59,735 nucleotides of DNA from an uncultured Clostridia bacterium (GTDB lineage Bacteria > Bacillota > Clostridia > Christensenellales > Borkfalkiaceae): NCBI GenBank assembly GCA_944368635.1, contig CALVXA010000001.1, forward strand, positions 1-59,735, in the 5' to 3' direction. Every line of letters begins with the position of its first letter. Positions within the stretch are counted from its first letter, which is position 1. Both the position numbers and the translations under genes were made by a program. The notes beneath the pieces were generated by a model. It was not told the origin of the DNA and did not search any database. It was given only the letters and a program-made list of their open reading frames with translations. Shown piece after piece: positions 9,118 to 17,086 of this stretch.

Positions 9118-9582
9118 ATGAATAAGACAAACGCAATGAGAATAATAGAAAAAGAGGGCGTGGAATATAAAGTATATACCTACGATGGCGGAGCGCTTTC
9201 GGGCGTGGAGGTTGCCGCAGCCCTCGGCGAGGACGCGGACAGGGTTTATAAAACGCTTGTCACGACTGCAGGCCCCGGCAAATTCTATGTGTTCGTAATA
9301 CCCGTCGCCGCCGAACTCGATTTAAAGAAAGCGGCAAAGGCGGCAGGCGAAAAGGCGGTGGAAATGCTGCCGCAAAGACAACTTCTGCCTACAACGGGCT
9401 ATATTCACGGCGGCTGTTCGCCCGTGGGAATGAAAAAACTCTTTCCCACGTTTTTCGACAGCTCTGCCGAGGGCAAGGTTATCTTCGTCAGCGGGGGCAA
9501 GGTGGGTATGCAGGTAGAACTCCCCTGCGCCGCCCTGCTGAAAATTACAGACGGAAAACTCGCAGATATTGTGAGGGGTTGA
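9118..9582 (+). CDS. ybaK: Cys-tRNA(Pro)/Cys-tRNA(Cys) deacylase YbaK
   Basis: Typical YbaK N-terminus (NKTNAMRIIEKEGVEYKVYTY) and the GGCSPVG motif. Length 154 aa. Confidence 0.85.
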   Translation: MNKTNAMRIIEKEGVEYKVYTYDGGALSGVEVAAALGEDADRVYKTLVTTAGPGKFYVFVIPVAAELDLKKAAKAAGEKAVEMLPQRQLLPTTGYIHGGCSPVGMKKLFPTFFDSSAEGKVIFVSGGKVGMQVELPCAALLKITDGKLADIVRG

Positions 9583-9583
9583 T

Positions 9584-9631
9584 TGAAAAAAACATAATGG
9601 TGCGGAGCCGACTTATTGTCGGCTCCGCACC
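9584..9631. terminator. Bidirectional terminator (the T-run is on the minus strand)
   Basis: GTGCGGAGCCGAC / GTCGGCTCCGCAC perfect 13-bp stem. The A-run 5' on the + strand gives a T-run for the convergent minus-strand operon. Confidence 0.75.
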
Positions 9632-9726
9632 GCTATATTTATCCCAATATATATCCTTTAGAAATTCCGCCGGAACGCGCTGTCCGTCAGGATATGCCTT
9701 CCCTGAATTGGTTATTTTAAAGAAGG

Positions 9727-10614
9727 TTATCTGTTTTTTGCAGATTGCTTAATCTGCGAATGGTAAAAGTAGTTAATAATTATGGGTTTGCCCGTGGGGT
9801 TGCGCAAGAAAGGTTCTTCGTCTGTGACGTATAAAAAGCCGTTAGTTGCGGCATATTCAGCCACCTTTTTGTCGAGCGCCATCCAGTAAGACATATCGTT
9901 TTTGCTGTAAATCTGTTCGTAAAGCGGAACGAGGTCAGTATATTTTTCAGTAATATATCCCATGATATCCGCCTTGAAGTTACCGCGGAGGTTGAGGTTT
10001 TCCAGCCAGATATAGTCGCAAAAGTCCTTGATTTTTTCAATTATTTCAAACACACGGGTAATTTCGGGGAAGATGGGCGAAATGAAGCAGGTCGTGCGTA
10101 TGCCCTCCTCGTGGCACTTTTTCATTGCGGCAATTCTGCGCCCTATTGAAACCGCCCTGTCCATATCGTCTTTGAAATTCTCGTCCAGCGTGTTTATCGA
10201 CCAGCTTATAAGGGGGGAGGGGAACGTCTTTATGAGGTCGAGGTCGCGCAGCACCAGGTCTGACTTTGTAGTTATAATAAGATTTATGCCGCTGCCCTGC
10301 ATCTCTTCCAGAAAGGCGCGCGTGCGGCAGAATACTTCCTCCTGCGGGTTATAGCCGTCCGTGACGGAGCCTACAATCATTGTCTGCCCCGCATATCTGC
10401 GCGGGTTTTTTATCCTTTCCCAGTGCTTTACGTCCAGAAATGTTCCCCATGCTTCCGTATGACCCGTAAACCGCTTCATAAAGCAGGCATAGCAGTATTT
10501 GCAGGCGTGCGTGCATCCCACATACGGGTTTACGGAATACCCCGCAATGGGCAGGTTGGACTTTGTAAGTACAGTTTTAACCTTTAAATGATTGATTTTA
10601 ATCTCTTCCATCAT
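9727..10614 (-). CDS. Radical SAM protein, SplB / DNA-photolyase-like (COG1533 type)
   Basis: CX3CX2C motif in VGCTHACKYCYA. About 295 aa with a TIM-barrel-like pattern. The start could be the second ATG at 10611. Confidence 0.8.
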   Translation of the reverse strand: MMEEIKINHLKVKTVLTKSNLPIAGYSVNPYVGCTHACKYCYACFMKRFTGHTEAWGTFLDVKHWERIKNPRRYAGQTMIVGSVTDGYNPQEEVFCRTRAFLEEMQGSGINLIITTKSDLVLRDLDLIKTFPSPLISWSINTLDENFKDDMDRAVSIGRRIAAMKKCHEEGIRTTCFISPIFPEITRVFEIIEKIKDFCDYIWLENLNLRGNFKADIMGYITEKYTDLVPLYEQIYSKNDMSYWMALDKKVAEYAATNGFLYVTDEEPFLRNPTGKPIIINYFYHSQIKQSAKNR

Positions 10615-11041
10615 TTTCTCCCAGATTGCCGAGTATTCTTTTCAGGTAGTTTTCAAACTGCTCGACTTCTTCGTCGGTAAAGCCTTTATAGTAAATTTCT
10701 TCGATTTCGCGCGTGACGGCTTCGTACTCGCCCTTAAGGGCTGCCGCCTTTGCCGTGAGAGAGATGGTAACGCTGCGCTTGTCCGTCGGACTTTCCTCCG
10801 TTACAATAAGTCCCTGTTCGTCCATTCGCGCAAGCATGGCGGAAAGGGTGGTCTTGGCAAGTCCGCTCTTTTTTGAAATTTCGGTTGCCGTCATCTTTTT
10901 GCCCTGCCACAGGCAATACAGTATTTTGCCCTGCGCGCCGTTGAATGCGTCGATATTCTTCTCTTGCAGAATTTTATCGAACCTGCGTCCGCCTATGCTC
11001 TTCATCTTCGATATCAAAAATCCGCCCTGTCTTTCGCTCAT
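10598..11041 (-). CDS. MarR family transcriptional regulator
   Basis: Winged-helix pattern (MTATEISKKSGLAKTTLSAMLARMDEQGLIVTEESPTDKRSV). Overlaps both neighbouring genes. Confidence 0.9.
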   Translation of the reverse strand: MSERQGGFLISKMKSIGGRRFDKILQEKNIDAFNGAQGKILYCLWQGKKMTATEISKKSGLAKTTLSAMLARMDEQGLIVTEESPTDKRSVTISLTAKAAALKGEYEAVTREIEEIYYKGFTDEEVEQFENYLKRILGNLGENDGRD

Positions 11042-11703
11042 AACTTAAACTCCTCGGGAAATTGTTGTATCATCTGACTTTGCGGGACAATGCCCGCAAA
11101 GAATAAATCTTCCTTCATGAATACGGGAATATCGTTAGCCAGCGCTTGCGAGGCAAGCCCGTCTATCCACCATTTTTGCGAGGGGGTCTTGCCCTTGCAG
11201 TTGCCTGTCTCGGTGCCGAGTACAACCCAGTCGATGCCTGTAAAATCAACTTTTCCGACCTCGTCGGAAAGCGGTTCAAAGGTGGCGTGATAGTGCTTTG
11301 CCCTGACATTGCGCTTTAATGTCTCTATGCGCCCCCGCTCTGCGGCACAAGTGACCGTCACCCCGAACCATAGGTTGTCAAGGTCAGTCTGTATATTCAG
11401 TCTCTCGGGTCGTTTTGTCAGAAACAGATAGGTATTTTGCGGAGTGGCGGCGGCCTTTTCAAATACCTTCGCCATCCATTCGTCCTGCCAATAGGCAAGG
11501 TCGCTCGTGCCCGTAAGCAGAAAGACTTTCCGCCTCTTGCTGTCAAACAGTCTGAGTTTGTTTTCAAAAAACTGTGGCTTGCTGAAGTCGTCGGTTATGT
11601 GAAATCTGCGGCAGTTGTTGCGGGCATAGCAGTATCTGCACCCTATCGGGCAGCCGATGACGATGTTTAAATTCTTTATTTTGTCCTTTATGCAGGTTAT
11701 CAT
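11038..11703 (-). CDS. DUF5131 (phage Gp37/Gp68 family) protein with a CX3CX2C motif
   Basis: Collinear family blocks: GCPIGCRYCYA, TGTSDL, FLTKRPERL, NLWFGVTV, FEPL, IDWVVLGTETG, IPVFMKE. Confidence 0.75.
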   Translation of the reverse strand: MITCIKDKIKNLNIVIGCPIGCRYCYARNNCRRFHITDDFSKPQFFENKLRLFDSKRRKVFLLTGTSDLAYWQDEWMAKVFEKAAATPQNTYLFLTKRPERLNIQTDLDNLWFGVTVTCAAERGRIETLKRNVRAKHYHATFEPLSDEVGKVDFTGIDWVVLGTETGNCKGKTPSQKWWIDGLASQALANDIPVFMKEDLFFAGIVPQSQMIQQFPEEFKL

Positions 11704-11796
11704 ATCATCTTTTCCTCATAAACGGAAAACGTAACGGTGCGTAAAGCATAGCCGAAGACCAGAACAATGGCTGTATTTTGTAAATGAGCTTATAAA

Positions 11797-11848
11797 AAAT
11801 AGTTCTATATAGTACAAAAATAATACCATATAGAACTATTTATGTCAA
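11797..11848 (-). promoter_or_regulatory. Minus-strand sigma-A promoter overlapped by a perfect 14-bp inverted repeat (candidate MarR operator)
   Basis: On the minus strand: TTGACA (11848-11843), 17 nt, TATTAT (11825-11820). AAATAGTTCTATAT (11797-11810) and ATATAGAACTATTT (11828-11841) are exact reverse complements with a 17-nt spacer. Confidence 0.7.
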
Positions 11849-11951
11849 GATGTTGCGTAAGGTTTTTTATGGGGATAAAACGCACAAGCCGAGCGGCAGA
11901 ATAAGGCGTTTAAACGTGCAGTAAATTTCTGCTTGCCGTATGCTTGTCAGA

Positions 11952-12839
11952 TTATGCCGTCGGGTCGGTCATTTGCCTGAAAACTTCCAGAAATTTTTGC
12001 GCCGCAGGGGAAAAGACCTGATTTTTCTTCCACGCGAACACCAGCGAGGTTTCAAGTCGGGGGCAAAGGGGGCGGAACGTCAGTCCGCCGTCGCCCGAGG
12101 TGTTGATAATTTTGTCCAACCCTATAGCATATCCTATGCCCTGTTTTACCAACAGGGAGGCGTTATAAATCAGATTATAGGTAGCGACAATGTTCAGGTC
12201 ATCCGCATCTTTTTTAAACCAATCGTCAATCAGGCTGTTTGACATGGTGTGTCTGGAGCGGATTAGCGGCACTTCGTATAGATCCTGCGGACAGACAGAC
12301 TGCTTTTGGGCAAGGGGGCTGTCCGTTCTCATCAGTACGCCCCATGTATCCCTGTCGGGCAGAGTGATATGTTCGTATCCGTAAAGATTGGCGGGCAGCA
12401 CAAGCACGCCGAAGTCAATAAGTCCCTTGTCCAGTCTTTCAAGCACGTCGGCAGTGTCTGCGCTGAAAAAATGAAAGCGCACGTCGGGCGCAATCTCAAT
12501 CACGGACTTTGCCGCCTTTGCCACCGTCCGGAGCGCATGGCTTTCGCCGCAGCCTATATGTATATCGCCGCTTATGCCGTTTTCTGAAGATGTTATCTCC
12601 GAACAGGTCTTATCGTAAAGCTCAATCAGCTCTTCTGCCCGTTTTTTCAACAGCCGACCCGCCTCCGTAAGCGTAATTTTTTTACTGCCCCGTATAAAAA
12701 GCTGTTTGCCCGTTTGCCTTTCAAGGTTCTGCATCTGCCGTGAAAGGCTGGGCTGTGTGATGTACAGCGCGTCCGCCGCCCTGGAGATGTTTTCTTCGCG
12801 CGCGACTGCCAGAAAATATCGCAGTTCTCTTATTTCCAT
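11952..12839 (-). CDS. LysR family transcriptional regulator
   Basis: Start chosen at MEIRELRYFLAVAREENISRAADALYITQPSLSRQ (canonical LysR HTH). The upstream 72 codons of the tracked ORF are non-homologous. Confidence 0.9.
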   Translation of the reverse strand: MEIRELRYFLAVAREENISRAADALYITQPSLSRQMQNLERQTGKQLFIRGSKKITLTEAGRLLKKRAEELIELYDKTCSEITSSENGISGDIHIGCGESHALRTVAKAAKSVIEIAPDVRFHFFSADTADVLERLDKGLIDFGVLVLPANLYGYEHITLPDRDTWGVLMRTDSPLAQKQSVCPQDLYEVPLIRSRHTMSNSLIDDWFKKDADDLNIVATYNLIYNASLLVKQGIGYAIGLDKIINTSGDGGLTFRPLCPRLETSLVFAWKKNQVFSPAAQKFLEVFRQMTDPTA

Positions 12840-12901
12840 GTCTTCATTATAAAGGACATATGTATGCGTGTCAAGCATAGCTTTCAATGCAATATAGGCA
12901 T

Positions 12902-12931
12902 TTGACATATAAATGTCCTCAAAAGTATAAT
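12902..12931 (+). promoter_or_regulatory. Sigma-A-type promoter for the acetyltransferase operon
   Basis: TTGACA (12902-12907), 18 nt, TATAAT (12926-12931), in the LysR divergent region. Confidence 0.6.
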
Positions 12932-12951
12932 AATTGTGTGAGGAGGCGGCT

Positions 12952-13527
12952 ATGACTACAGAGCAGTTGAATGAATATATGCTTTCGGGAAATAAGGTGA
13001 AAGGGCTTTCGGCAGAGCACAGGCTGATGCACGAGGTGTCCGAAGAAGCCCGCAAAATAACGGCTCAGCTCAATTCGGGATATCACACGCAGGAACAGAT
13101 ACGGTCGCTCATGTCTTTGCTCACGGGCAAGGCGGTGGACGAATCGTTCGGAATGTTTCCGCCCTTTTATTCTGACTATGGCAGGAATATAACGGTCGGC
13201 AAAGACGTGTTCATCAACTCCGGCTGTTGTTTTCAGGACCAGGGCGGAATAGAAATCGGCGACGGCAGTTTAATAGGACAGCAGGTCGTAATTGCCACTC
13301 TCAACCACTCTTTGGACCCTGCCGACAGACAGAGTATGTTGCCCGCAAAGGTAGTAATAGGCAAAAATGTATGGATAGGCGCGCACGCAACCATTCTCCC
13401 CGGGGTAACTATCGGCGACAACAGCGTAATCGGGGCGGGGGCGGTCGTCAACAGGAATATCCCTGCCGACAGCGTTGCCGTAGGGGTGCCCGCAAAGGTA
13501 GTAAGAAAGGTTGACGGCGACAGATGA
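12952..13527 (+). CDS. Sugar O-acetyltransferase (maltose/galactoside acetyltransferase, left-handed beta-helix)
   Basis: Mac N-terminal domain plus hexapeptide repeats (IGKNVWIGAHATILPGVTIGDNSVIGAGAVV). ATG follows GAGGAGG. Confidence 0.9.
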   Translation: MTTEQLNEYMLSGNKVKGLSAEHRLMHEVSEEARKITAQLNSGYHTQEQIRSLMSLLTGKAVDESFGMFPPFYSDYGRNITVGKDVFINSGCCFQDQGGIEIGDGSLIGQQVVIATLNHSLDPADRQSMLPAKVVIGKNVWIGAHATILPGVTIGDNSVIGAGAVVNRNIPADSVAVGVPAKVVRKVDGDR

Positions 13528-14723
13528 AAAGACTGTTCATCTTTTTTCTGGCTTTAGCGACGGTCTTTTGTCTTGTGGGCTGTTCTGCCTGCGGAAGCGC
13601 CGACGGCGGCGCGGGAACTGATCTTCAGTCGGGCATTGAGCAGGACGGAAGCGGAAATTCCGGGGAAATAGCAATGGTGACAATTACTTGCGGAGAAAAT
13701 ATGCTTGAAATGGAACTTGCCGATACTCTTTCGGCACGTGCCTTTGCGCAAAGGCTTGCAGAAGGCGACGTGACAGTTTCGGTGCGCGGTTACGGCGGGT
13801 TTGAAATGGTTGGAGGGCTTGGTTTCTCCCTTGAAAGGGATGACAGGCAGATGACCACGCAGACGGGCGACGTCGTGCTGTACAACGGCAATCAGATAGT
13901 AATTTTTTACGACAGCAACAGCTGGTCATACACAAAGATAGGGCATATCAGCGGGGCAACCCGACTCACTCTTGAAAATTTCTTTGGCACGACGGGCGAA
14001 GTGTGGCTCTATCCCGTGGAGATGACATTTTCGGGCTATGCCGCGCTCTTCATGAGGGACGATATCTGGCGCAGTTACTTCAATACGATAGCGTACACCG
14101 TACTCGGTACGGCGTTCAACATTGCGCTTACGATACCTGCGGGCTGGGCTCTGTCGCGTGACTATCTGCCCTTCCGCAAGATAATAATGCCGCTTTTGAT
14201 TATAACCATGTTCTTCGGCGGCGGACTTGTGCCTTACGTAATTCTGTGCCGCTCTCTCGGGCTGTACCAGAATCCGCTCATCCTGATCATAGGCGGCGGC
14301 GTAAGCGTGTACAACGTGTTCATGTGCAAGTCCTTCTTCCAGACCAATGTGCCGAGGGAAGTGCTGGAGGCAAGCATGATAGACGGCGCGGGAGAAATAA
14401 GGACGTTCTTCGACATAGTCCTGCCCGTTGCAAAGTCCATAATCTCCGTCATGATACTGTTCTATGCAGTGGGCCATTGGAACAACTACATAGATGCGTA
14501 CATCTTCAGCATTGACGAGACGTTCTATCCTCTCCAGACCATGCTGGACGGACTGCTCAACGCAAACAGCGGCGGCGAAGGCGACGTAATACTCGAACAG
14601 ATGCGCACGGCAACGCAGATAAAGTTCACATCCATAATAATAGCAACGATTCCCATACTCATCATCTACCCTATGGTGGAAAAGCATTTCGGTCAGGGCG
14701 TACTTGTCGGTTCGTTCAAGTAA
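13524..14723 (+). CDS. Chimeric protein: lipoprotein signal, cyclophilin-like domain, then a CUT1 ABC permease (LplC/MalG type) lacking TM1
   Basis: Lipobox LVGC. Residues about 50-165 match the cyclophilin-like pattern (GDVVLYNGNQIVIFY...YTKIGHISG). From about residue 158 the sequence is collinear with LplC-type permeases after TM1, including the EAA loop EASMIDGAGEIRTFFDIVLPV. Confidence 0.8.
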   Translation: MKRLFIFFLALATVFCLVGCSACGSADGGAGTDLQSGIEQDGSGNSGEIAMVTITCGENMLEMELADTLSARAFAQRLAEGDVTVSVRGYGGFEMVGGLGFSLERDDRQMTTQTGDVVLYNGNQIVIFYDSNSWSYTKIGHISGATRLTLENFFGTTGEVWLYPVEMTFSGYAALFMRDDIWRSYFNTIAYTVLGTAFNIALTIPAGWALSRDYLPFRKIIMPLLIITMFFGGGLVPYVILCRSLGLYQNPLILIIGGGVSVYNVFMCKSFFQTNVPREVLEASMIDGAGEIRTFFDIVLPVAKSIISVMILFYAVGHWNNYIDAYIFSIDETFYPLQTMLDGLLNANSGGEGDVILEQMRTATQIKFTSIIIATIPILIIYPMVEKHFGQGVLVGSFK

Positions 14724-14738
14724 TTCGGGGGAAAGACA

Positions 14739-16382
14739 ATGAAAAAGATTATTATAATGATTACCGCAGTCGTCGTCTGGTTCGCGTGCGTCATACCCTA
14801 TGCCGTGCTTGGAACTTCGGGCGGCGGCAAGAGCGGCGACCAGGATTTCACCGTGCTGGCGGTAAAGGAAGACAACGTCAAGGACTACAACACCATGCCG
14901 GTGTTCGAAGAACTGGCAGAGGATACGGGCATAGACGTCTACTGGACGTTCAATACGGGTGCGCAGTATTCCAATAACCCCGACCCCGTAGGCATAAACG
15001 GCATAGACGCCATATATCATTCGGGCTTCTCCAACCTCAAGCTCAGCGACTACGGCAAGAGGGGCAGAATCGTGGCGATAGACCAATACCTCGACAGTAT
15101 GCCCAACTTCAAAAAGATACTTGAGGACAGACCCGACATTGCGGAGGCAATTAAGTCCCCTGACGGGCACATCTATTCCCTGCCCAGAGTGGAGGAAATG
15201 GGGCTCAAACAGTATCCCAACATACTGTTCATAAACAAGAAGTGGCTTGAAAAGCTCATCGACGACAACAATCTGCCGCAGGGCGTGGAGCTGGAAAAGA
15301 CTGACCTCGTGGACGGGCTGGACCTGTCGCGCGCGCAGTTCAAGGCAATTTTGCAGAAGTTCAACGACCAGGGCATCGACTTCGACGGCGACGGCTCCAC
15401 AACAAACGAAATTCCGCTCTCCTTCGTAAGCAACAACTGGCAGGGCAACGAATCTGACCTCATCGCCTCCTTCGGCGTGCCTGAAAACGCACAGCACAAG
15501 ACCATTGTGGACGGCAAAATCACCTTCACGGTAGAGGACGATAACTGGTTCAGGGCAATCCAGGAACTGAACAGCTGGTACATGGAAGGACTTATCCGCT
15601 CCACCTCCTACACATGGACGCAGGACGACTTCCTCGCAAACGGCCAGGACGGCAGATACGGCGCCTTCTACTGGTGGGAAAAGGAGACGGTGGTAAAGAA
15701 CCCCGACGACTACATAATCGTGCTTCCCTTAAAGGACGACGACGGCAACCGCTACGTGGGCGTCAGCAACGAGCTGGAAATCGAAAAGGGCGAATGCGTC
15801 ATCTTAAGCTCCTGCGAGGACCCTGCAGGTCTTCTCTCGTACTTCGATAAGTTCTTCGAACCGTACTACTCGGCTCAGCTCAACTACGGCTCCAAGGACA
15901 GCGGCGCGTTCCTGCCGCAGCTCAAGGACGGCAAAATGCTCGTGCCAAACGACAACCACGGCAGCCAGAGCGCGGACGACTTCAGAATGCAGAATGCACC
16001 CTACGGAGTCGTATATCTCACGGATGAACAGTGGGGAGTGACCGTACAGATGGAAAGCCGTGCAAGCCTCAGACTTGAAAGGCTGGAGGCGTACGTAAAG
16101 CCTTACACCTTCAAGGGCGCAAGCGGCAACGATGTGCAGAGCATACCCAACCTGAACTACACCGAGGACGAATTGACAGAACTCAACACGTACGAGTCAT
16201 CGCTCGGCAACAACATCACAAGCTGGGTGACTTCGGCAATACGCGGCAATTCCGCCCCGACAAGGGAATCCTGGCAGAATTTCCTTGAGGAGAACAGAAA
16301 ATCGATAGATACCGTAACGGCTATCAACCAGGCAGCGTATGACAGATATTTAACAAATATCGCGCGGGGCGGCAACGGCTGA
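14739..16382 (+). CDS. ABC transporter extracellular solute-binding protein (large LplA-type, family 1)
   Basis: 547 aa with an N-terminal hydrophobic anchor. Typical position next to an LplC-type permease. Confidence 0.8.
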   Translation: MKKIIIMITAVVVWFACVIPYAVLGTSGGGKSGDQDFTVLAVKEDNVKDYNTMPVFEELAEDTGIDVYWTFNTGAQYSNNPDPVGINGIDAIYHSGFSNLKLSDYGKRGRIVAIDQYLDSMPNFKKILEDRPDIAEAIKSPDGHIYSLPRVEEMGLKQYPNILFINKKWLEKLIDDNNLPQGVELEKTDLVDGLDLSRAQFKAILQKFNDQGIDFDGDGSTTNEIPLSFVSNNWQGNESDLIASFGVPENAQHKTIVDGKITFTVEDDNWFRAIQELNSWYMEGLIRSTSYTWTQDDFLANGQDGRYGAFYWWEKETVVKNPDDYIIVLPLKDDDGNRYVGVSNELEIEKGECVILSSCEDPAGLLSYFDKFFEPYYSAQLNYGSKDSGAFLPQLKDGKMLVPNDNHGSQSADDFRMQNAPYGVVYLTDEQWGVTVQMESRASLRLERLEAYVKPYTFKGASGNDVQSIPNLNYTEDELTELNTYESSLGNNITSWVTSAIRGNSAPTRESWQNFLEENRKSIDTVTAINQAAYDRYLTNIARGGNG

Positions 16383-16384
16383 CG

Positions 16385-17086
16385 ATGGGCGGACTGCAAA
16401 AACTCGGCGAATATCTGTGGGAGTTCTTTGCGGTGACGATTATAGCGGCAATCGCCGCGCTCACCTTGATACCTTTCTTCCCCGTAATGACGGGACTGAC
16501 GGCATACTTCAGCCGCGACAGGGAGGACAGAAGGCTCCGCGATATCTTCACCGAAACAGGCAAGAACTACAAGCTTGTAATACCCTTTACGCTTTTAGAA
16601 CTTGCGATGATAATCTTCCCCGTGCTGAATATATACTATTTCAACACGCATACGGAAAATCTGAACGCGTTCGTGCTGGGCGCAAGCTATGTGTTGCTTG
16701 TACTCGGGTGCTTTCTTGCGATTACCGCCCCCACTATAATAGTCAACATGAACGTGAAGTTCATACAGCTGTTAAGGAATTGCCTTACCCTGTTTTCGGC
16801 CGGGATAGCCAACGGCATAGGCGCGGCAGTATGCGCGGCGGCGATTGTGGCAGCGGTGCTCATGTACCCGTACGTCGCCGTACTCACGCTGTACGCAGTG
16901 CCGCTGGCGGTGACTAAACTGATGCGTGAAAATTTCCTTAAGCTCAAGGCAAAGGCGCTCGGTACGTCCGTTTACGAGTTGAAAAGGGCAGAAAAGCAGG
17001 ACGATTATCTCGACGAATATGGCAGAATAAGACGTGAACCTGCCGCAGACAGCAGAGACGGAGAAATAGAAGATGAAAAGAAATAA
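16385..17086 (+). CDS. DUF624 (YesL-like) membrane protein
   Basis: Multi-TM protein of typical size and position in CUT1 sugar loci. N-terminus LGEYLWEFFAVTIIAAIAALTLIPFFP. Confidence 0.7.
   Translation: MGGLQKLGEYLWEFFAVTIIAAIAALTLIPFFPVMTGLTAYFSRDREDRRLRDIFTETGKNYKLVIPFTLLELAMIIFPVLNIYYFNTHTENLNAFVLGASYVLLVLGCFLAITAPTIIVNMNVKFIQLLRNCLTLFSAGIANGIGAAVCAAAIVAAVLMYPYVAVLTLYAVPLAVTKLMRENFLKLKAKALGTSVYELKRAEKQDDYLDEYGRIRREPAADSRDGEIEDEKK

Noticed and set aside
13926-15497. Long antisense ORFs. This 523-aa ORF is one; similar ones lie at 55584..57044, 57528..59408, 47352..48539, 39452..40492, 44505..45500, 54040..55017, 27658..28584, 24831..25742, 24041..24793 and 3041..3814.
   Set aside because: Each lies opposite a gene with clear family motifs. 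Their products are Arg/His/Val-rich low-complexity sequences with no RBS or motif. Stop-poor antisense frames are expected in GC-rich, codon-biased genes.
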